A DNA stretch of 63,790 nucleotides, the filler included, from Thraustochytrium aureum (lineage: Eukaryota): NCBI GenBank assembly GCA_012862495.1. It is 5 parts of 5 records of this genome, joined end to end, with 100 filler letters (N's around TTAATTAATTAA, not from the genome) between each part and the next. Parts side by side here need not be neighbours in the genome. Positions count along the whole stretch, not along the records: positions 57,378 to 61,072 come from BLSG01000418.1; positions 61,173 to 63,790 come from BLSG01000422.1; 3 more parts are not named here. One strand, given 5' to 3'. A program made the translations under genes and the position numbers. How positions within the stretch are numbered: the first letter of the stretch is position 1; every line of letters begins with the position of its first letter. Under the pieces are notes generated by a model. That model was not told where the DNA came from. It searched no databases and worked only from the letters and a program-made list of their open reading frames with translations. Shown here one piece after another: positions 57,378 through 63,790 of this stretch.

Positions 57378-60040
57378 GCTGCTGCTGCTGCTGCTGCTGC
57401 TGCTCTGCGGCGCGTCCCGCGGCCGGAAAGGCGTTCTGGGCGGCTCGCGATTCTCCGGCTCCCACTCGCAAGTCAACAGGTGAAGTGAAAATGCCTCACT
57501 GCTGCGTCGCCTCGCGGACTCGCTCCGCAACGCACGCCTGCGCTGACTCCGGAGCAGCAACAACAGCGAGCTCCGTGCGCGCGACGTGCCCCGGCGCGGT
57601 GCGAGCGAGCGAGCGACGATCGATCGCTTGTCAGGCCGGCGGGCTCGCACGAGGCGGTTGGTTTGCTCCTCAGTCGAACGCGCTCCACGCCGATCGCTTC
57701 TTCTCCTCTGCAGGGACTGGTGCTCCGAAGGCCTGCCTTCAAGTTGCTGATGCCGGTGTGGACATACGCGCTCCGCAATCGAGCTGCCAGTGGCGTTGTT
57801 GCTGCTGCGGTCGGCGGCTCGCCTGCCTCCAATCCAACGCGCTCTTTCACGCTGGCCAGCGGCCTTCCGGCACAGAAGAGCGAGTAAGAGCCTGCTCCCC
57901 TGCGCTCTGCCCGCAACAACGCACGCAGCAACGCACGCAGCAACTCGAACGCCAGTGCATGCGTGCGTGCATTCACGCCCAGCTGCGCAACGCACGCCGC
58001 TTGCTCAGCAAAGTGCGCGGCGCCGGCGAGACCTTGAGCGACGTGGCCACGTCGATGCTAGGGTATCGCTCGCCCGGTTGGCCCGACGCGGCGAAGCCAG
58101 GGCGGGGTAGACAGTGAGGCAGTGAGTGAGTGAGTGAGCGGCTCGTGACTCGCGAGCCCCTTTGCCAGTGCTGGCTTGCTTGCCTTGCCTCGGGATGCGC
58201 AACGTGCGCCGAGTGGCGCGGCGGTTGCGGAAGGATCCGTGGATGCCAATGGATGGTTGGACGAACGAACGGCTGCACGGCAGCTTCAAGAGAGCATGGT
58301 GGTTGCTTTGCGCTGCGGGCTGTGGAGCGAGCAGGGACCTTCTCCAACGGCTGCGCCCAGCCAGTGCTTCTTTTACGTTGCTCCGCTTGAAATCAACCTC
58401 AAGTAAGTACGTGCCGACTCGACTCGGCGAAAGTTGAGGCGAAGCAACGCGAAGTTAGAAAATGGTGGGACTGGATTCCGCGGATTGACGTCGCTCTTGC
58501 AGAGACAGAGGCTGCGATCGGAGCTCGCGTCTGAGCCGCTCATGGTCCTCGTCCGCCACCGCGAAAGACCTCGGTTGCGCTGATCAAGAGCACATTAAAG
58601 CCGCGCTGGCCCTGGCAGTCGGTGCGTCGTTCAAGCTGACGCGCTTGCAGCTCTCCGAGACGGGAGCACGCATGGACGGCAGGCAGCGGTGCGATCTTGT
58701 TGNNNNNNNNNNNNNNNNNNNNNNNNNNNNNNNNNNNNNNNNNNNNNNNNNNNNNNNNNNNNNNNNNNNNNNNNNNNNNNNNNNNNNNNNNNNNNNNNNN
58801 NNNNNNNNNNNNNNNNNNNNNNNNNNNNNNNNNNNNNNNNNNNNNNNNNNNNNNNNNNNNNNNNNNNNNNNNNNNNNNNNNNNNNNNNNNNNNNNNNNNN
58901 NNNNNNNNNNNNNNNNNNNNNNNNNNNNNNNNNNNNNNNNNNNNNNNNNNNNNNNNNNNNNNNNNNNNNNNNNNNNNNNNNNNNNNNNNNNNNNNNNNNN
59001 NNNNNNNNNNNNNNNNNNNNNNNNNNNNNNNNNNNNNNNNNNNNNNNNNNNNNNNNNNNNNNNNNNNNNNNNNNNNNNNNNNNNNNNNNNNNNNNNNNNN
59101 NNNNNNNNNNNNNNNNNNNNNNNNNNNNNNNNNNNNNNNNNNNNNNNNNNNNNNNNNNNNNNNNNNNNNNNNNNNNNNNNNNNNNNNNNNNNNNNNNNNN
59201 NNNNNNNNNNNNNNNNNNNNNNNNNGCGATCTCGCAAGGCGAAAAAAGACCCCCCGACCTGCAGATCGCCTGCACCGGGTTGGAGCTCGCCTCGTCGACC
59301 TCGGCGTAAATGTAGCACATGAATCTCCAGCACCTCCTGGCCGGTCGCGGTCGTGGCGTTCAAGTGCCTCTGCATCGCGGCGCGGGCGTCAATGTCGTCG
59401 CAGGGCGAGCAGTGCGCCGAGGGGGCGCATCGCCGTTCCGCGCCGCTCAACGCGCTCCACCGCCGAGCGCTTTCGTGGTGGCCGGCGGCGGCGCCAGTAA
59501 ACTAGACTTTTCGCGCTACGTGCATTCGCACGCGCGCCCCATAGGGGGCAGTCGCCTTCGCGGCATCGGCCGAGCGCTTGCAAAGGTCATGAGCGACTTT
59601 CCCGCATAGCGTCAACGTCTCGACTTCCGAAACGCGTTCAAGCGGGCTGCGCTGCTCGCAGCAGCAATCCGCCATGCGCGCGGCGTTTGCCCGTGCCACA
59701 ACGCAGGCCCGCAGCACAAGATCTCCGACTCGAGAGTCTGCGCAGCAGCCCTCAAACCGACGCCCGCATCGACCCAAACCGCAACCACGACGGAAGGAAG
59801 GAAGGAAGGAAGGACGATGATGCGCGTGTCCGTTGAAGTCGGACAGATGCGTCTCGCGGCAAGTGCTTTCGATCATCTCGCAGAGTCCGGTCGGTGCGCG
59901 AGCGAGCGCGAGGCTGCCGCTTGGAGAGGTCGGCGAACGAGACAAGGTGCTTGGTCTTGTGGTTGGTCCCGCGGCCGAGTTTGCAGGGCGCTGAGCGGAG
60001 AGTGCGGAGAAGGATGATTCGAATCGGCGCGCCGCCAGCC

Positions 60041-60499
60041 ATGACCAGGACCACTCCAAATCAGCAGTCGCAGCTCTGGCGCCAGCGATGTATCAAAGAA
60101 GGCGAGCCGGACGCAGAAGATGAGGCTCGGCGCGTGCTGACTCCAGCCAGGCTCAAGTCGCACAGGCCGGGCGACGCGAGGCCGCGCGACCTGGGCGGCA
60201 ACAGCGCTCAAGACGATGACGCGATGAGCATCGTCAGCTCGCGGTCGAGTCGCTCGAGCCGATCGAGCGCGTCTTTGCGAAGCTCGGCGAGCAGGTCCTC
60301 GCACAAATCGACATGGTCGCTCAATTCGTTCGGCAGCGAAGACAGCGGGTTCACATATTTCGCCAACCAAAAGTTCGCGCAGTTCGAACGCGCGCTCGAG
60401 GAGGAGCGCAAGAAGCGGCAGGAGGCAGAAGCCAAGCTGGACCGGCTGATGACGCTGCTTGAGAAGCGGCAAATGGTGGGCGAGAAGGCCGTCAAGTAG
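60041..60499 (+). CDS. Small hypothetical protein with a Ser/Arg-rich middle and a C-terminal coiled coil
   Basis: ATG in GCCATG context; WRQRCIKE at the start and FERALEEERKKRQEAEAKL coiled coil at the end. Confidence 0.7.
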   Translation: MTRTTPNQQSQLWRQRCIKEGEPDAEDEARRVLTPARLKSHRPGDARPRDLGGNSAQDDDAMSIVSSRSSRSSRSSASLRSSASRSSHKSTWSLNSFGSEDSGFTYFANQKFAQFERALEEERKKRQEAEAKLDRLMTLLEKRQMVGEKAVK

Positions 60500-60625
60500 T
60501 GAATGCCCTTGGGGGGCGGCTGGCGCAGCGCCAGGCCCCCAAAGCTCACAAGCAAGGTCGATTTGTATTATATAAAAAACGCAGTGCCAGTGCCAGTGCC
60601 ACCCCAGTCGCCGCGCTCCGTCGCG

Positions 60626-61072
60626 TCACGAGTCGCTGCGCTGGCTCCAGAGCGATTTGATGGTCTGGGACTTGACCTGCTCGTTCTGCTCGAGCACGCC
60701 GCGCAGCTGGTGGCTAAACGCATTCTTCTTCTCAATGATCTCCTCCTTCTCCACTTGGGCTTGCATCGTGCTCCAGTGCGCCGCTTCCACCTTTTTCGAG
60801 ACTGACCGAATCCGCGCGTCGATCGACTCGATCTTGTCCAGGTACGAGTTGTAGTTTTGGTCTGGTGGCGCCTTGGTGAGCTCGAAAAGCTGGTCGGAGA
60901 ACTTTTTCTTCGCGAGCTTGAGCTCGTCGAGCGTCGTTTTCGTCTCGACGTACTCCCGAGCAACGCGCTGAAACTCGGCATCCTTTTGAGCAAAGAGCCT
61001 CTCGGCCTCCTCGATCTTGCCGCGCAGGTACCGAAAGTCGTTGCGCGTGTCGCTGTCCAAGTGGTCAATCTC
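60626..61072 (-). CDS. C-terminal part of a coiled-coil protein, 5' end lost at the scaffold end
   Basis: Open frame from the spacer to TGA 60626 with coding-like codon use and heptad pattern; convergent with the 60041-60499 gene. Confidence 0.7.
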   Translation of the reverse strand, partial: EIDHLDSDTRNDFRYLRGKIEEAERLFAQKDAEFQRVAREYVETKTTLDELKLAKKKFSDQLFELTKAPPDQNYNSYLDKIESIDARIRSVSKKVEAAHWSTMQAQVEKEEIIEKKNAFSHQLRGVLEQNEQVKSQTIKSLWSQRSDS

Positions 61073-61172
61073 NNNNNNNNNNNNNNNNNNNNNNNNNNNN
61101 NNNNNNNNNNNNNNNNTTAATTAATTAANNNNNNNNNNNNNNNNNNNNNNNNNNNNNNNNNNNNNNNNNNNN
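61073..61172. other. Artificial scaffold-joining spacer
   Basis: N44-TTAATTAATTAA-N44. Confidence 0.95.
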
Positions 61173-61173
61173 G

Positions 61174-63430
61174 CTGAACGGGCGTGCTTTCGCTTCCCGG
61201 TCGTCGCGTTCACAAGGGGTCTTTGAGACGCTCGGGGTTGAGGAGAATGCTGCTGAGGACGTTCATGTTGGCGATGTGGACGGGCTCGGGCCCGAGCCGC
61301 CAAACACTGTGGTCGGGCGCCTTACCAGCGGCTCCGCGGTCGGGGTCGTCCTCGAAGACCTCGAAAACATCCGAAACGCGCTGCTGCTACACAGCGAAAT
61401 CCCCGCCACGAGGCGGGAAATGGCCGAGCAGCTGACTCCGTCTCCAGCCTCCGCAGACCCGGCTGAGCATGGAGCCGGCGGCGTTCCGCTGCTCGTTGCG
61501 GTGCCCCCCACATCCGGGGACCTGCGTCGTCGACAGAACAGGTTCGGGCGCGGCTCAGACCCGCTTCGGGAGCCTCTTTCCGCTGCCGCAGCCCTTGGGT
61601 CGGGGCGCAACGGCAACCTGGAGGAATTTGGGTCGCGCGGGCTCGGGATCGATACCGGCCCGTTCGACGAGGCTGGCGAGGACGACGGGGAAGAAGGCCA
61701 GTCGTTTGGCGAGGGCATCGACGAGCCAGACTTTGATGCCCTGCACGCCTCACCAAGTAGCAGCGGCAAGTGGTCCCCGCTCGGCCATGCCACCCCGATC
61801 GGCGTCGGCAATACGGCAGCTGGCGCTCGGCGCGCCCTCAGCGTGCGCGGCGGCCGTCACGCGCGAACTAGAACTTCGCTGTCGAGCCAGGGTGGCCCTG
61901 GGGGCAACAGCGCGACGGTCAAGATCAGGGTTTTAGCTGAGCACGCTCGCCTCGGTAATCTGAAATGGACGCAAGCTGGTCTGGACAATATCAACGCGAC
62001 GCTCGACGAGTGGAGCTTTGACGTCTTCGAGGCGAGCGAGTTTTCGGGCGGGCGGCCTCTGTCCATGGTCCTGTTGGGCACGCTGCGCAAGAACGGCGTT
62101 TACGAAGAGTTCCCGAACCTGCGGCGGGACACAATGCTGTCCTTTATTACCGCTGTCGAGAATGGGTATCGCGTGGACAACCCCTATCATAACCGGATCC
62201 ACGCCGCCGACGTGGTGCAGACGACGCACTATTTCCTCACGCACGAGATGCTGCGCAGCGTGATCACCGCGCAGGATATTTTTGCATCGCTCGTGGCCGC
62301 CGCCATTCACGACTTTCAGCACCCAGGGACTAGCAACTCGTTCTTGGTGGCGACCGGCGACAAGCTCGCCCTCCGCTACAACGACCGCGCGGTCCTTGAG
62401 CATATGCACGTCGCCGCTGCCTTCGAGCTGATGCGCACCAAGCACTGCGACGTGCTGCGGTGTGTCGGGGATGCGGAGAAGTACCACGAGGTGCGCGAGA
62501 CGGTGATCCAGATGGTCCTGGCCACTGACATGTCGAATCACTTTGAGGGACTGGAGCGCTTCAAGACCGAGGTGGTGCAGTATTTTGAGTCCGTGCGGCA
62601 GCGCCGCAAGGCCGGTGGCATGCCTGCCTCGGCGGCGGCTGGTAGCATAGAGTCGGTCAGTTCGCTAAACCTCGGCAGCGCTGCCAGCAGCGCGGCTGCG
62701 GGCGGTGCAGGAGGCGCTTCGGGCGCCTCGTCGGGCGACGGCCTGCCAATGCTGCTTCCGCCAATTGGCGCCGAGAACGAGCTCCCGCCTCTTCCGGTGC
62801 GGCGCACCTTGCTGAAGACCTCGTTGCACTGTGCGGACGTGTCCAACCCGGCCAAAAAGCCAAAGCTGTGCCAGAACTGGGCCATGCTCGTGCAAGAAGA
62901 GTTTTTTCCGTCAAGGAGACCGAGAGCGCGAGGCGGGGCTCAAGATCTCGATGTTTATGGACCGCAACAAGCCCGCGTTCCACAAGTGCCAGATTGGCTT
63001 TATCACCATCATCGTCAAGCCGCTCTTTGCGAGCTACTGCCAGTTCCTGACGACGCTCAAGCCGCAAGTCGATTGGTGCCTCAACGCCAACGCCTCGCAC
63101 TGGGAGCGCAAGCAAGAGGAAGAGGAGGCCTCGCACGCCATCGGCAATGCCGTGCCGCTCGCGCCCATTGCCTCTGGTCGGCGAACGAGCTTCCGCTTTG
63201 TGCCGGAACGGTTCAAGTCGAGCCTCGTGCGGTCTCAGTCCACAGCGTTTGCTATGCAGCCGCCGAGCAGCCCGCGCGTTAGTCGCCAAGGGCGCCGTTC
63301 GTACGGCAGCGGCGGAATCGGCTTGGACGCGGCCGCGCTCAGCGCCTTGCACGTCAAAGCCGCGCCGGCGCTGCAACGCTCGCAGACCGACCACGCCATA
63401 AACACGCACGAGTACCCCGACACCACCTAG
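61174..63430 (+). CDS. Class I 3',5'-cyclic nucleotide phosphodiesterase, 5' partial; frameshift in the T-run at 62902-62907
   Basis: NPYHNRIHAADVVQ, AAAIHDFQHPGTSN, YNDRAVLEHMH, VLATDMSNHF and LHCADVSNPAK. Removing one T restores EEFFRQGDRE..QIGFI..IVKPLF. Confidence 0.95.
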
Positions 63431-63790
63431 GCAGGCGCATGGGCCGGTCGCTTGCGTCGCCAATGCTGCAAGAGTCGATGTCCAGGCAGGGCGCAGTGCG
63501 CGGACAAATGTGGCGCGCAGCTGGCCATGGCTTGGGCGGATGGAGCTTGACACTTGCGCAAGCCTGCCCGGACGCGGATTCCAGCACCCGTACATAGAGT
63601 AGACGCTGTCCGAAAGTAGTAACCCTCGCGAAACCTGTTGCTTGGCCGTCGCACACGAGCTCCTTGCGGCTGCCTCGAGCCCAAAGCCGGCCACAAGATG
63701 CGCACGGCGCCAAGCGGACAGCGACTCCGCGCGGCAACCGTCCTCACCTGCGCCACCTCGAGCACCGTGCTGGCGTGCCAGCGCTGCGCA

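Noticed and set aside
58540..59610. Possible minus-strand gene spanning the gap 58703-59225
   Set aside because: Only short open frames with no recognisable motif or clear start; not enough support.
4166..63430. Euplotes-like programmed ribosomal frameshifting or mass pseudogenisation
   Set aside because: There is no shared slippery-plus-stop motif, both +1 and -1 shifts occur, essential genes are affected, and the overlapping gap flanks show homopolymer miscalls directly.

Overview
GC-rich, gene-dense, intron-poor eukaryotic draft sequence. A flagellated protist, probably a stramenopile such as a thraustochytrid/labyrinthulomycete, is my inference from gene content and style only. The window joins five scaffold pieces with artificial 100-bp spacers (N44-TTAATTAATTAA-N44 centred near 25591, 39701, 57322 and 61117), so gene neighbourhood is only meaningful within a piece. 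About 24 protein genes are supported: a tandem pair of multi-pass membrane protein genes, COG2, a CFAP119/CLAMP-like protein, a Cys-less pentameric ligand-gated channel, AMPK beta, importin-4, C9orf85/DUF2039, eIF2B beta, a Zn(II)2Cys6 transcription factor divergent from a secreted sulfatase, a very large USP with lectin-like, NZF and MABP modules, a LIR-containing coiled-coil protein, a secreted Cys-rich protein with RXL sites plus acidic and (GGK)8 tracts, a TIR protein, a PDZ-DH-PH RhoGEF, a Kir channel with a TSGYG filter and a large insert, an F-box protein, an RPxSA/CCDC87-like protein, an atypical Rab, a large coiled-coil/EF-hand-like protein and a class I phosphodiesterase. Many genes carry single-base frameshifts, mostly in homopolymers, best explained as sequencing errors. 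I recognised no rRNA, tRNA, CRISPR array or transposase. Best leads: the RXL-processed, silaffin/silacidin-like secreted protein; the USP with MABP repeats inside its catalytic domain; the Rab with NKDN in G4; and the Zn2Cys6-sulfatase divergent pair.
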